A stretch of DNA of 64,000 nt from Phoronis australis (taxonomy: Eukaryota > Animalia > Phoronida). The stretch spans positions 124,391 to 188,390 of the forward strand of contig NMRA01000274.1 in assembly GCA_002633005.1 (NCBI GenBank). Direction: 5' to 3'. A program made the position numbers and the translations under genes. The notes below the pieces were generated by a model that did no database searches, was not told where the DNA came from, and was given only the letters and a program-made list of their open reading frames with translations. Shown one piece after another: positions 13,701-29,156 of the stretch (its first letter is position 1; each line of letters opens with the position of its first letter).

Positions 13701-16700
13701 CCTTACAAAGAGATTTTAGGATCTGAAACCGACCTAAGAAAGACAAAATAATGGCGTCATGGTAATTCTACACTTATTTTGCACAAAAATAATTGCCAAC
13801 ATTTTATTTTTCCCGTTTTTCAAATGCTGCTTGCCTTACTGCAAATACTAGAAAACCTACAAGTTGCTTTATAGTAATACACTAAAACTTCCTAATCACT
13901 ATTTCCGAGAAGAAATTTGACGAAACAGACTTTCAATTCTCGGCCATACTGTGTGCTAAATAAGTGAAGAACTACGGCAAACAAAACTTAAAAGACCAGT
14001 TTCCAAAAGAAAGAGCAACAAAATCAGACAATTAATTTTGTAATCTTACAAGCTTTTCACTCTGAACAAGAGATCCCACACGCCCCGTACTCAGCTAGCT
14101 CACAATCACTGTGTTCAAAGATAAAAATCCACATTAAAAAGGTTATCCTTCACTGCCTAGATCTCAAGTTTCAAAAATGTGCACAAAATATGGACCAACA
14201 CAAATGACAAACAACCGCTTCACAGCAAGCAATACATTTCAGCCCTCCCCTACTGGTGGTGGTATGCGACCTTCAGTCCGTGACGGTCCGTCAATTAGAA
14301 TTAGCAAAAGGTAAACAGAGTGACAGGTAGGGTCCAACAAGTACAACGACTGCCCAACTGCACCTGATAGTAAGACTACTTTGAAACACCTGCACCTTTC
14401 AGGTTTACAGTGCCCTTCCCATCCACAAAAACAGCAAAGCACTGTTCAACAAGGAACAGTTTATCAAGCGGAATGCAAAATTACAGGAATACGCGGTTCG
14501 ACCAGACTTAGTTGGTTTTATTCAGGTATTTTTGCCTTAAACTTCATTCGCAGTTTCAAGGCTTCTCAATAGCGATATTTCCAAACGGCGATACGACTTG
14601 CCGGACTTTCAAGTTATTTGGGGACAACATGGCACAGGTTTGTGGAATTAATTCGAGGCATTCCATTTTCAGCATTGCTGATGTTTTTCAAATACATCGA
14701 TATGAGGTTGTCGGCTCGTAAACATCCGGTGACATGAAGGACAACTTGGTGCTGCATAAACAGTTTGACGGAAAACAACGCTGGCCACTTGCGTGTACCA
14801 GAACTGGAAGCACAAGGTCACTATACCTTAAACTTGCTGGTAGGAGGAGTATAACAAAGCAATGGTCGGAAAAGAAATAAAATATTGAAAGCAAGCCTAA
14901 AAATGCATCTAATAAATACATGTATTAGCAAATCTTTGGCACAAAAGATTCTGACACCACTGAATCACGCTGAAGTTAAATCTAGCGGACTAAAACGCAA
15001 ATTATAAATCGCTGTATACATAGACGCGATGCCACCAGATGTTTTCGAGTAGACTACCATCCCGCAAGTCACTTGAAGAACAACCTCAACATCGCAGATG
15101 AAATCGCCCAAATTCCGTTCAATTTTGAAATACCTCTGAACATGGCAGTAAACAACTTCCATGCAAGTATATAAAGTCATACTTAGTTTTCATATAAAAA
15201 ATAAGTAATTAGATAGCAGTCTTTGCATAAGCATCAACACAATTAACTAATAACAAGTCAATCATACTTGACTACAAACATGTTTTTATGAGAATGGTAA
15301 ACTGAAACCTGGCATACAAAACAGCAAATGAGGAATTCAATTTTGTGAAATTTCCCAACAATGGTCTCCATTGTTGGCGTTCACTTGTACAAAACAATTG
15401 AAGCGAGAAGTGTTATTTTTACAATTCACAACCAGGTAACCAGCTTTTAAAAATAAACAAGAATTCTGGCATTTTCGGTGCGAAACAACACAAGACTTTT
15501 CCCAGTCCACTTCCACATTGAGAAGAACATAAGTCTCTCAGCAGGCTGTCCGCTAGGTGGCGCCTGAACAACTTGAAGCAGGTGGGAAACGTACAGAGGT
15601 TACTGGTCAGTAATGCAACGAGCAACACTTACCACCCTTGGGTCTCCTGCCCTGGGGTCATAATTCCAGTGTGTCCCTTGCGGGCCCTGGCCACTGTCGA
15701 CGGCTGTAACACAAACACAAGAAATGAATGGACAACGACCAATCCACACAAGGTTTTCCATATTGTTTTCCTTGAACTAGAGTCTCCAATGTCACAGCAA
15801 AGGCAAGGTTTTGGAGTTCTACACTGCACAGCTTGCTGGCGATGAAATTTCAATTTCTTATAAAACAGTCGTACAGTAGGAGGCGTTAAATTCTAATATC
15901 ACTTGCAAGTGTATACAAGGCAGCTTTTTTGACGACTTTGAGCTTTCTCACGTGTGTCAGTGAGGAAACAGTGTAACTCAAAGTTTGCCGTAAGGCGACC
16001 AGTACGGTAAATCTCAAATTTTGTCTGCAATAGTCCAAACAAATGAAATTTAGGTTTGTCAAATGACTCGAAAAATTAAGAAGAAATGTCTATTTTACCT
16101 TGGTTAGTACTGCATTTGAAAAGTAGAAAATTAGGAAAATCGGTCAATTACTTTTGTATTAAATAAGTGAAGAATTTTCTCACTCTGGGATCGTAAGAAT
16201 TATTCAGTTCATTAACAAATGAAGACGACCCTATCGTAACTTGAGGACACCACTAAATCGTAACGTTAATAAAAATTTCCTGATCCGTCGACAGTTTAAA
16301 TTCACACCACTTGTTTGTTTAACGCAAGTATTCCCGTTTCAACAAAAACAAATCAATGAACAAGCGACACCACAAAAGTCAAATTCACAGAACGAGAAAG
16401 ACCAAATCAGACAACACAAATCTTAACAATAAATGAACTTTTTTTCAAATCACACACACGCATACGTACACACCCACTCTACTGCGTTTACCCAAATCTA
16501 CGTTAAGAATTCTGAAAATAAAATATTACATAAATAAAATATTACATGTAAATATGGTTAGACGTCTTGTCATTTAATTTTCAAAAGCTACAATTTCTCC
16601 CATTTTCACCAAAATGTAGAACACAGTGTGGGCGCCATTAATTGCAAGGAATTACTAATGAGGAGCATTTTTATCCAACCTCGGGGAAAAGATAACTTCA

Positions 16701-19700
16701 GTGTTATCACCCGTTGTTGTCATTTTGTAGGCGCACTCACAAAAATTAAAAAATTAAACCGAGAAATTCTTGATCAAATTATGTTCACTTTGAAAAAGGA
16801 CTACAAGTCATGCCAATATAGAGAGCACAAGAGAATTACCTTATTTTAGTTTAAAAGTATTTCTGAATTTTTAAACTAAAATCAAGCCTAGCGGGCATTC
16901 TCAATGTCACTACGGTAAATTCTTTCAAAAGTTTATCAATCGTCAAAGTTACAACAAAGGTGACTGATCAACGCAGTTGTGTAGCGATTGTGCTACTTTG
17001 GATACGATTTTCTGGGTCACTCTACAGCGAATATAAACAACAAATATCCACAAAAGAGGCCATCCATGGCTGATTTATCACCCACTCTTCATTGTTCCTT
17101 CCCCTGGCCTTCAATGAAAACATCTGTTACTGTGTGTACTTAGCATTCAAATTTAGTCCAACTATCCAATTTCGTCTAAAAGGAAAAACCCTAAACAACT
17201 TGATCAGCATTGAAAAAATTACGTCCTCAGAAAAGTTGTATGAAAAAACAATTTGAAACAAATCATGTTTTCCATGAGTCAGTTTTTCCGAAAATCAAAA
17301 ATAATAATTTCCGGATTTCATTCCTTAATTTTGTAAAAAAAATCATTCATTTGGTTATACAATTTGGAACACTCAAAAGGCAGTTATAAAATGTAATGAA
17401 TTTCGGAATTATTTACGTCGAAAAAGAATTTCTCTTTCGATAAACATTACATTATATGAAATATGAAAAATTTCCACTTCCCAATAAGCACAAATCTTTA
17501 TGACCACTTCAAAACTGTGAATGTGCTTCCGAACTTTCAAGATAATAACTATCTTTTTGAGGCCTGAAATTCAACAAGTTACAGATATACACAAATTTCT
17601 AAGAGCACAACACAATTGATATCTGATTTTTAGTGGATTCCTACGGATGCGTTGTACTCCTCAACATCACCCGGCACAGCAGACAAAAAGCACTCTCTTT
17701 TTGTCCCATGCTAATAAAGTACTGGGGGTAGTTCCTGTTACTTTGCACACAAAATCAACTGCTAAAACTGCCACTTTCCATTTTTCAAAGCTTGACCACT
17801 TCGCTAAAATTAATCAAAACTTTACCAAGTGTCGTTGGATGACAACACAACTGTGCCATCAATGTAAGGGATTTAGGAGAATTTAACAAATTTCCTTTTC
17901 ACTTTTCAGCCTCTTCCCTAGGTAAACATCAGAATGTAAACATAGAATAATGTAAAAAAAAGCACTTTATAAATGTAATGCAAAAACTGTTCTTTCACAA
18001 CACGGGTGAGGGGGGTTACTCGACAGCGATTTACTTTCATCTGTTCAAATAGCAGAATTTTCCTTTGTACCTTTGTAAACAAGATAAAAAGCGAAAACAT
18101 CACTCTTCTTCTTAGAAAATTATTTCATTCCACTTTCAAGCCAAACAAAACAAAATAAGAACACTTACTACAAAGACCCGAGGCACAAGTTTAACATAAG
18201 ACAAACTTCTCTACATGCACACGCGCGCGCACACACACACCAAAATCGAACCACAAAAAGATAAGAGCACAAATCAACTTTCTCTTAATATTGAGCCAAT
18301 CTAGGTTGAACTGCTGGGGTGCTGGACTGAGCAATATGAGTGTCTACTATTTAACAAGGCTCTCCCAGATAATGAGCTCCTTTCAAACCCCAAGCTATTC
18401 AGGTCAAATGACAGCTAGGCGCCATCATGTCTAGCTTGAGTGAAGATAAAAATAACCCGAAGACACTCACAAAATCCCTGCCTAAACTATGTTTATGCTG
18501 CAAAAACACCACTGAAAAACCACATGAAATCACAGAGCACACCTTGGAGATTAAGAATATATAATGTCTATCAAAATTTGGAATGACTTTGCAGTGGAAA
18601 AGTTAGTGGAAAACTTTTCAAAAGTTTCCCTAAACTCCACCTCTAACAAGACAGGCAGGTCACATGACTAGCCATGGTGCCAGAATGTCTGTGCCAGAGA
18701 TGAGAGGTGATTCCCTTCAACAGTTGGGAGTTCCAAACACACCAACACACCCGGCTGTGGGACAACAACAACTAAGAGACAGAAATGTGAAATAAAATAA
18801 GGAAAATTCACTAACCTGGATGGTAGTAGTTGAAGTGTCTTAGAGGCCACATTTCAATGTGAAGGTGTTGATGGGTCTAGTAGTGAAGACTATGGACTAG
18901 GCCACTCTCCAGAGGGGGTGTGAGGAGAGGATTGAATAACCTGGCTGGAATTCTATTCAGGCCCAGCCAAAGGAGTGGCCAGGCCATTGAATAAGGCAGC
19001 CCCCATTGCTACATTATAACAGTGTTGGGTAGGCAGTGGGTAGAAGGAGGGGGGGGGACAGTGGATCAAAGGAAGCCTGTCAGCGGGGTGGCATTCAGCT
19101 ACCTGCAAAAGGTGGATTAAGGCTAAGGAGATTAGCCAGCAGAACAGGCCAGGTTTGGAAATCACAGCAGGGCTGCCTGTTGACAAGTGAAGATAAAAGA
19201 AACTAGACAATGGCAGCAGTGGAGGGCATGATTGAATTTAGTGTTTGCACTGGCCCTGTGAAAGCAACAAAACTGGAAGACCTTGTACACAGTGACACAG
19301 GCAGTAACACAATGGGTAGCAACCAAAAACCAACCGGCGCACAATGCCCAAAAAGCTCGTTCAAAAACGTCTATTCTGCGCCCTGCTGAACTCTCTTGAC
19401 CCCCTTTGCACCCCTATTCAATGGCTAATGGGTAGACAAAGGCGGGATGGGGTAAAATTGTCCACACGCACAGGGGTAGAGAGAATGTGGTGATTCATTC
19501 AGATGATGCTAAGTAAATAAACAGGGCAAAGTGTTGGTTGAACTCCAGCTTGGGCCTTGGAGAACCCCTAGCATCAATCGTGTAAGCGATGGAGAGCGTG
19601 GGACCTCATCTCTGCAAATCTTGGGACTGCAGTGTGGAGGTTTAACCTGGCCGATGACAAAGAAATATGTAATGCATGAGTAATTCTATGTTTAATCAGC

Positions 19701-22113
19701 AACTCGGCCAGATTCACATAACCCACGTAGTCAGCAGGCAGGTGTAGGAGTTCAGAACTGATGGGGACCTTCACAAACAAACGACAATCGGTTATTTCTC
19801 AAACAACACAATAGCGTCTAGCGATAGTGTTTCGGAGGCAAACATCCCAAGGGCGAGAGACCAGACCCAGGGTTATGGATTCTGTCCGATTTCACGCCTT
19901 TCCTAAATAAACCCATTACCTTGTCAGATGGACGACATTCACAATGGTTCGTCCAGAACACAATGTTATGCTAAAATTAACAAGTCAACAAGGGGCTATA
20001 TGGGCAGTCCATTCAGTTATCAAATCGTCTATCTAATGAGCCAGACTTTTGCACAATGGTTTCACTAGCAGTTTAATTATGATTAGCCAGTTAAATCACA
20101 AACAAGCTTATGAAAACTCTCATTCAAGTGTCCAGTAGAGCAACAGGCTGTGAAAACTAAACCTATTCATGAAATTGCATAACACCACCATGAAAACTCA
20201 GTACAGTGGACAACAAATCGAGCGTGTAATATTCATATTTCTGTATTCAGTGTCCATTTGCGTGCTGGTTGAAAAAACACCGCACTAAACGTGCAATCAC
20301 TTCTCTCATTCAATGTGGAAACGTTGAGGTTTTTACTAACACAGCACAAACGCCATCAGAGTGGCCGTGGAACAATGCCACTATTTACATTGCGACCACA
20401 GGGTTGTGTTCGATTCTTAGAATCAACTGGCAGCTTCATTTTCCCATGGGCCATAACTGACAAGTGTCAAGCATTCCTTATCAACAACAAGAATGACTTA
20501 ATACCTCAGTTGAAGAATTCAATAGATTTCAATTGAGGGAACAAGCAGAATTAATTAGTTCTAACACTAGCTCACAACTCTCAAAATCTACTTCCGTCAA
20601 GGAGACATGAGAATTAAACATTGACACATTACAATCAAATCAGACCAATCTCGGGGGAAAAATATTGCCAAAATTGCCTTTTCCTTTTCACAGGATTCTA
20701 ACACTGTTGAGAACGGCAGCAATTTTTCAAAATATTCCATGATGGTAACCAATGGTAACCAATGTACTAAACATAAAATGGTGAATACGCATGTCAAACC
20801 GTAATTTGAAATGAAAAAACAAATTAACTTGAAATACTTTAAGTATTTAATACAATAATTTTCAGCACTTTGCCCATTTCCACAGAACATTAATGCAGCA
20901 AAAATGAACCCAGTGCTTTCAGTAAACAAAACTTTCAAGGAAATCTACACCACAACCTATTACCGTGGCCCAAGGCCAATGTTAAACTTAAACTGGAGCT
21001 AGCCACAAGCAGCTGAAGAATTTCTACTACAGGTCAACTGCATAAAGCCCAGTCATTAACAAAATGTTTGGAAAACTGTGTGAACAATGTCCAGGTACTC
21101 AGATCAAACAGCCTCACAGTGGATTGATAAGGTGAAAACAATTCAGTCCACGCATTTGTTTCTCTACTGCCACAAAGACCAAGAATGTTCCCTGGAGTAC
21201 TGGTTATTAATCACGGCCCATCACGATGAGAGATACTTGAATGAAGACACAAAAACATGGATGAGAGATGCAGTCACCTGCGAGGTGAACATGTGAAGGT
21301 GTGAAACTATGCCCACCTCAATGTGAGCGGAAGTAGCGATTGTTTTGTGACACATTCCGCCGAGAACGGGGGTGTAAGTATAATGTTGTTACACCTCGCT
21401 TGGCTGCCCAGAGTAAATAAACACTCGGACAATGTGTGCTTGAACACAAAAAACAAATCGGGCGGTAAACCTTTTGAAAATTTGACTCGCTATAGAGAGA
21501 TCCTATTATGAACGACTATTTTCACAAAACAAATGGCGGTTTGTTCTCAAAAAGAGAGTTTACACAAATCACAGAACCTAGTAGTTGAAATACGAATAAC
21601 GGAAACAGTAAATATCAACAATTAACATGGAAATGTGATAAATCAGCGCTACAGACAAATACTTCAAACGCAAGCTGAAGATGTCCGTGGGCCCACTCAC
21701 AATCTCACAAACACAGAGGGACATCATCAACGTAATTCTAAACTTTAATATTCCATTTTAGTTTTGGCATTTTTCGCTTTTGGGACACGCAAGCATACAA
21801 GCGCCCATTGGATCTGCCTGGAAGAAAGATTTGCTTTTTTCCACATCTATTTACTTTGGTTTATAGGCAGAAATGTCAAATTTCGCAAAAAAGTCATGCA
21901 AATCATAAGTCACTTCTGTTTCAACGACAGGTTGTTATGCATAAGTTAACCATCAATAAATCTCAAATAATTTTTGAAACCTTCCAATTTTTTCAATTGA
22001 AATAAGTTCCTACCAGAAATATAAACGAATATAACGCATAAGACTTTGGAATAAGCAAGTCCAAACTAAAGAAAAATAGGAAAACAAAGCAAGGGAACAA
22101 ATCACCACACGCA

Positions 22114-22155
<42 letters not shown>

Positions 22156-25100
22156 TGCACACAAAATCTCAAATAAGTCGCCCTAAGACTTCAAGACGTA
22201 TAGGTGCTGATATAAAATTACCCAAGGACCGAAATTCAAAACAAACAGCAGTATCTCGACCAAACTCCACTACAGCCACGATAACGCACACACTGACACT
22301 TTGATTATGAATGAGGCAACACAAGTGCGTCATGTTATCAAGAAAAGTAGGGGGGAGATTTGTAATTCCCCACGACATGGACAAATATGGTTTAAAAAAC
22401 ACATGTTCATATGTTATTACTAACTCACTTAAGGCTATTATCAAAAAATATTACAACCAGCACAGCTACTGAAAACTTCCCATTTCAAAACGCTGTACAG
22501 AGACATCACACTTTTACATAAGAGCATTCTACCGCAAAAGTGTCACAGAACTGACAACATAAAGTGAGGGCAACACGGCGAACAACGACAGACAAGTGAA
22601 CAAGTCACCACCACTCTTTTAAGAACACTTCTTCTCTTTTGCTTGATGATGTTTTCGTGTAAGAGTGAAATGTTTCGCCTGTTCGTATTGTGTTTTCAAA
22701 ATATGAACTTTTCAGCAGCTTTGCTAGTTGTAAGATTTCTCATAACACTGTGGTCAAATACTAATGTAACCATAAAGGTTATAAGTAACTTTGAATAGCT
22801 ATGGTAAAAACACTTAATAAATATTTTTTCTATATTTTGAAGGCCTACTTCAACACTGTGGAACTGGACAAACCAGGGCTTGGAAAAATAAATTGAAATA
22901 CATAAAAGGCAATTTAAAACACATTTGCAGTAACGAAAATAGCACTTTGTATCCCGTTTCGGCGGCACGTAGAAAATCGCACTCAGGTGGTCAGGCCTAG
23001 CAGTAGCACTAGCAGCCAACGGCAACGAGCGTGCATGCGGGATCAAACAAAAATCACTCACATCCCACGATTCAAATCCAATGAATAACCGGTTACGGTT
23101 GAATTTCCTTTCAGGAACCATCGTTATTTCTAGTGTTTCAGCGTTTTCAATCGGTCCTCTGACTCAGACTTAGTCCAAGGCGACTCGGCCACGCACTCAG
23201 TAACTGTTCCTCTCTCGAAGTTTACAGAGCACAAACCTTGATTTGTGAAGACAATGACCATTTCTTTTATCTACTTTTTCCACAAAATATTGAGTCTACT
23301 CCACGCTCCACGCATTTTTGACCGCAGAATCGCACTATTTGTAACCGCAATTTTATACCAAATGCAGACGCCATTGATGAACCACGCTATCCCAGGCACA
23401 GGCACTTGAATTTATCTGTTGCTCGATTGCCACTGACGTCACTCATTACTAAGAAAACATGTTTCTTATATATGGTTACAAGTCATCGGCAAAGTCGAGC
23501 GCCTGTGATCCGCAATTACAATTTTCGTTCCTCCGAAACATAAAGAGCAGTTTCCGCTTTTCGAGACGTCAGCAACGCCGCGGTGAGAAACCAAGTTACC
23601 GCAATAATTTTATGGCAAATCCGATTTTTCCGCGGAAATATAACAAAAATACGCGGATCGAATAAATGAAAAAAGCGGAAATCCGCGTTTCCGCGGACAA
23701 GTCCAATTCCTTGACAAACTTTCACACACTGGAATACAGTGCAAACAACAGAAGCGATGATATGTAATTTCTCTATTACGGTAAAATCTAACCAATTACG
23801 AACAAAAATTATTACCAAGGGCTTTTATCATAGTTATGAACCCTTATAACTTTTTATGCTATAGTCTGTTTGTAGCTACAGTGCAGAATTTGGATATGGC
23901 AAAGTAACATTCTGGTGCTCTGTGTCATTTATGAAAAAAGAGAAAATAGAAATTAGCCTGTCCATAATCACTTAGTAAAAATTTTCCAATTTGGGACAGT
24001 GAAAAATCAACATTTTACTCAAGGTCAGAGCTTGTCCCAAATACTAGAAACAGCCAATATTGGCTGTCCCAAATTCAAAAATCACAAAGATTGAAAACAC
24101 GGTGTCTGAAATTTGATTAACATGAAGAACGACATCACGCTCGTCTCTAACTACAGAATGAAGAAAATTCAATTTTTGTGAAAGTTGACATGTCAAATTC
24201 TACAGACTGTCCCAAATTAGCAAACTTTTACCATATTGTGTCCTAAATTGGTGATGCTCTACTCTTAATTATTTTTGCTGAGAAGTTAAGCAATACAAAC
24301 CTCCACAATCACAATAATGTATCCTAAATTGATAATTTCTACCGTGACATGCATTTAGCCAAATCCGAAATGCGTTCAATTACCTTAATAAAGAACCGAG
24401 CCTCGTTAGTGAACCTGCTGGACTTTTATTTGAAGATTTTCACAAAACTATTTTATAACCAAAAGTATTTTTGTACTACGGGCAAATTGCGGCAAACTTC
24501 AACAAGATAAAAACTTCTTCACAGTGTACATGTGACTGTTATGCCTTTTAATTCACTTAAATGACGTCATCACAAGCATTACACAACTGAACATCATTCC
24601 AACACGATGGATCTCCTTCCTACAACTGGACAAATGATACCATGAACATCAATTTAGAACACACACACACACAGAGGAACGCGAGGACCGATAAAAATTC
24701 AGACTTTCATTTTTATGTAGCCATTTACGAAGAAAAATCACCACATAAATCTAGGCCAGAACCATCAAAAGTCACTGAGATCTCTATTGACTAAGTTAAA
24801 CCTTCCCACAATGGATTTAACACCCCCAAGGAGAAAACTTTGCCAACCACAAATTGCTTAATGCTCGCTAATTGTCAAATTTCACGGGACTATATCAGCA
24901 GAGGAAGTGGTAACTTTTTGGACATCATAAAAAGTTTACGCTGTAAAGAAGTTGCTCAGAATGGCATCAAGCCAAACGCACCAAGGCTTTAACTGCTGAA
25001 GCACAAAATGTCACGCTACGAGTTGAACCACCACCTTTTCTGGGGCCAGTTAACGGTCATGCAAGCACTGAGAACAAAGCAACAAAAACCGAGCTTCATT

Positions 25101-28100
25101 TGACAACTGAACCTACAAGAGCACGTCAATTAAAAAGGCTATAGATTCTATTTCAGTTGCTGACAGTGCGAAAGTTTACTACTGGGCAAACTGATTGCCG
25201 TGCAAAACTGCCCCAGGCAGAACGAGCAAATATCAGTGCAGTTTGGTAACACGAAACTCGCCAAATAAGACCCAGTGTTGACAATCAGGTCAGGAGTTCA
25301 CCAAGAGGGGTCGACAGAGACAGAGCTGGGTGCATTTCACATGCAGCCAGCAGACCTCACAGTTTTGTGTGAGGAAAGAGCCAGTTTTAATTATACAAAA
25401 TAAACTGGGAGACACTCCATAGTCCCTACACTGGAGAGGTGTCACTGGGGACACACAAACAAAAGCTGCTCGATGGAGCATATGTAATATGACCTGACAA
25501 GCTACAAGATAGCCTTCAATAGCTGTGTTTACATAACAGTCATTGCAGTATAAAGACTGAGAAAAAGGCAGCAACTCCTGTACTTTTCTGAGCTGACTAA
25601 TTTATCAACTGGCTATGATGTAATGTTTTTTCATATAATACCAGGTTGAACAAGTCACACAACCCAGCAGTCTGACAGCCAAGACAAACAGGTACTGAGC
25701 ATGTGTACACACACTCCACCTGGTGGCAGCATAAAGAACTATTTAGTAAAGAGGATAATACTGTTGATGGTAACACTCAATTTTTGGCTGACCAGTAAAG
25801 TAAAAAAAAACTGTAAAAATGGGTAATGTATCCTCACAAAATGTATATAATTAATTCATCAAATATACTTCAGAGTTCTAAGCAATATTGGTATTATTTG
25901 CACAAACCATTTTTTCTCAATAACCAGTTTTACTGGTGACGAGTGAATAAATTGCAAAGTCAGGTACGTAGCAGAGAGTACAAATGAATATTTCCAACTC
26001 TATAAAATTTTACTATTGCACAAAAGAGAACCCATGTTCTAATATCCCTTTTCAGAGGCTTTTCATTAAAGGTTTTAACAGGTCGTTGCAATATTCAACT
26101 TTCAGGCCAAGAAAGCCACACTGAAGTGCATAACAGGCATGTAACAATAACAACTGTGAAATAATTAACTCCAACATGAAATTGCAATAAAGGCAAAAAT
26201 GTAGTTTAAGGGAAGGTATTAGAAAATCTAGTTCTGGTCAAATTTGCGACCACAGACGGCAAAATGGATTTTGTTCAGCCACTAAACGATATTTTGATGG
26301 ACAGGCTTCTCCAGCGGTAGTCATAGCCATTAGCGGAATAAGAGAAAAACACCTGTCCCCAAGTCCAACCACGATTTAATAGTCAACTGATCGATAACGG
26401 AATGTCAACATTAATATAGCTAGATGATATTGACGCGTTGAACTCTGGCGTTTAAGACGAGTGTAATTTATGAAGGTGATATTAAAAAATTTTGTTGGAA
26501 AACCATTCTGGCTGAGAAGTCATGAAGATTGATACAAATCTGTGACGTATTTGTGAAGTCTCGAACTGTTTTCTTATCCATGTTCACAACTTTGAAGAGC
26601 AAACATTCAAGTGCAGTTAACAAGACTTCAAAACAGAGATGACATGCTCACTTTGGAAAAAACGAAACCATTACACCTCAAGTGTTTACTGAAATTACTA
26701 CTTGAAAATTTGTCAAATAATTGATGCGCTAAGATTGATGCGTGGTTTAACTAATTCAAGTTTTGTTTCTTCAAGTTCACAACATTTAATGATAAAATCT
26801 CAGGTCAGTCGTACGTCACATACACCCACACAAACATATACCTTCGAAAATTTAAACAAATTAACAGAATTTGAGTAAATTGCTTAAATAAACACAGGCG
26901 GTTAAAGCGAAATCAATAACAATTATATTTATCTCTTAACTGGAGTTCAGAAGTAGAAGTCACAGTCAGTTAATTTCAGGCAAATCTAAACAAAAACCAT
27001 TGGCAAAATTGCCATTTTTCGTTCTTTAAAAAGTGCAAATACTTGTGTTGACAATTGAAGGTAAAGTGGCACATACATATTTTTTGATAAATTTGACAAA
27101 ACAAGAGTTCATCTTTTCAACCAGACACATTGTCTTTTGAAGGGGTTAGAAATCACGAAAAACGCCTTCATGTAAATTGACTGTCATACACAAAATCATA
27201 GAAAAAATTATCCATTATGGAGCTTAGCATTACAAATGTGTTATGTAACTACAAGTCAAGCACACGGTGCAGGGACAACTGGATCAACAGGTCAAGTCAC
27301 TGAACATTCATCTGATGAAGTCAAGAGTCACAGGTGTTGAACATATGTTGAACGTTCAATAGCGCCAGATGACAGAGACAATTCATCCTCACTGCATAAT
27401 TATTGAGTGAGTGGGAAAGGATAGTCTTGAAAAGGGCAATGATTGGGTCTTGGCAGCAACCCAGGCAAGAGTAGATGAAAGAATCACATTTGAACTTAAT
27501 CACATCATTGGCTCTGGGTGGGGAGTCCATTATTTAAGGCCTGTAAACATGCAGAATCAGACAATGTACTGAACACACAACATGGCCGACTACGAAATCA
27601 ATACTATGAGAGTCTACTTAAGATTACATAGGTCTCTAGAAATAGTAAAATTTGGCTTACTTCAGAACGTCATGTCTTAAAAGTCCTATTTTTGATAGTC
27701 ACTCGTGCAAAAGTGTAACATTTTAAAACTAATTCAGCTTTCTAGAGAAAAGTGCAAAAAATAGTATGTTAAATTTGCATGTGAAAATGATATAATTCAG
27801 AAAATTGTAACCTCAACTAGGAGATTTTATCTTGAATATTTTTATCAAAATTAAATTTGGGCATGTCACGTGTACTATTGTTTTTCTAGGCATGTGCCTT
27901 TTTTGTTCAATTTTACTTAAAAGATATGGATACGTCACCAATTAATGTCAGACTGGTATGTATAGTTTAAGATCGAACTATACATGCATTCTACTTTCAC
28001 AAAATATATACTTATACAGACCTATTTTCTGTTTTCTAGACATTTGGCTAAATGAGTGCACTTGTCAGTAGGATCCCACAAAAACTTAGGTTATGCAGGA

Positions 28101-29110
28101 CTCTACAAAAATGTGCAAATTTGGCAAACTTTGGAACATCATATTTCAATAATGGCTGACCACATTCATGAGGAACTTTCAGATACTATGTTTTACGCAT
28201 TGTTTTCTAAAACCCTGATAGGAAATATTCAATGTTTCACTTTTGCATGCGGGACTATCGAAACTTAAGGCTTTTTTATTTTTATGAAAAAGGTTAAGTT
28301 TCATAAAACACAAACGAAATGACAATTTACAAAACTATTACAGCTTTTTTGAAAATTCATCATGAACATTTTTTTATCAATCAAAATTGGTCACGTCGTT
28401 TAATAGTGTTGTTTTGCAATTGATGCTCCTTTATTTTTTGCTAGTTTTCACTAACAAGACATAGTCGCATTACCCAATAAAAGGCGAATTGGTATGAAAT
28501 CAAAATCAAATTCTACAGGCTTTCCGCTATTAGAAAATATTCCCTCTATAGTTTTGCACATATTTGAGCTAAATACATAGACTTAGTCAATAGGGTCCAC
28601 CCAAACTATAGAGTGTACTCCCAGACAGCAGCATCATGGGACAGAAGTAAAGAAGTTCACTAATATGGAAACATGGAAAAGAACTTGGCTAGGAATCTGA
28701 ACAGTTCAGCAGTAATAAAATACTTCAACTTTTTCATTATTTGTAGCATTCTTCAGTTATCATAACTATGCCCCAATCGCAACAATGGAAAGGGGCAATG
28801 GAAGCTACCATTTATGTCCGAAGTTGGTGACATTTTACTGCAGCAGTAGAACAGAGGCAGTAGAACAGTGTAGTAATGATAGCAGTTCCAGTGGCAGCTA
28901 GCAGCAACTAGCAGCAGCTAGCAATAGCTAGGAGCTAGTAGCAGCCTGCAGCAGCAGCACCAAAACCATCACCACCACCACCACCACCACCACCGCCACT
29001 ACCACCATCATCACCACTAATACTGATAGTTATAGTAATAACCAATTGCAGTAGCATTAGCCATAGCAGGATCAATAGTAGCAGTAGCAGTAGCAGCAGT
29101 AGTAATAGTA

Positions 29111-29156
<46 letters not shown>

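Noticed and set aside
19920-19938. ATG followed by donor AAG|gtaatg
   Set aside because: In-frame TGA before the donor, so it cannot be a coding first exon.
23980-24335. Recurring GTCCCAAATT-like words (also near 9560-9810)
   Set aside because: Probably subterminal repeats of a decayed transposon, but no boundaries could be defined.
27600-28620. AT-rich block with diverged internal repeats about 530 bp apart
   Set aside because: Probably an old DNA-transposon remnant; termini and TSD could not be demonstrated.
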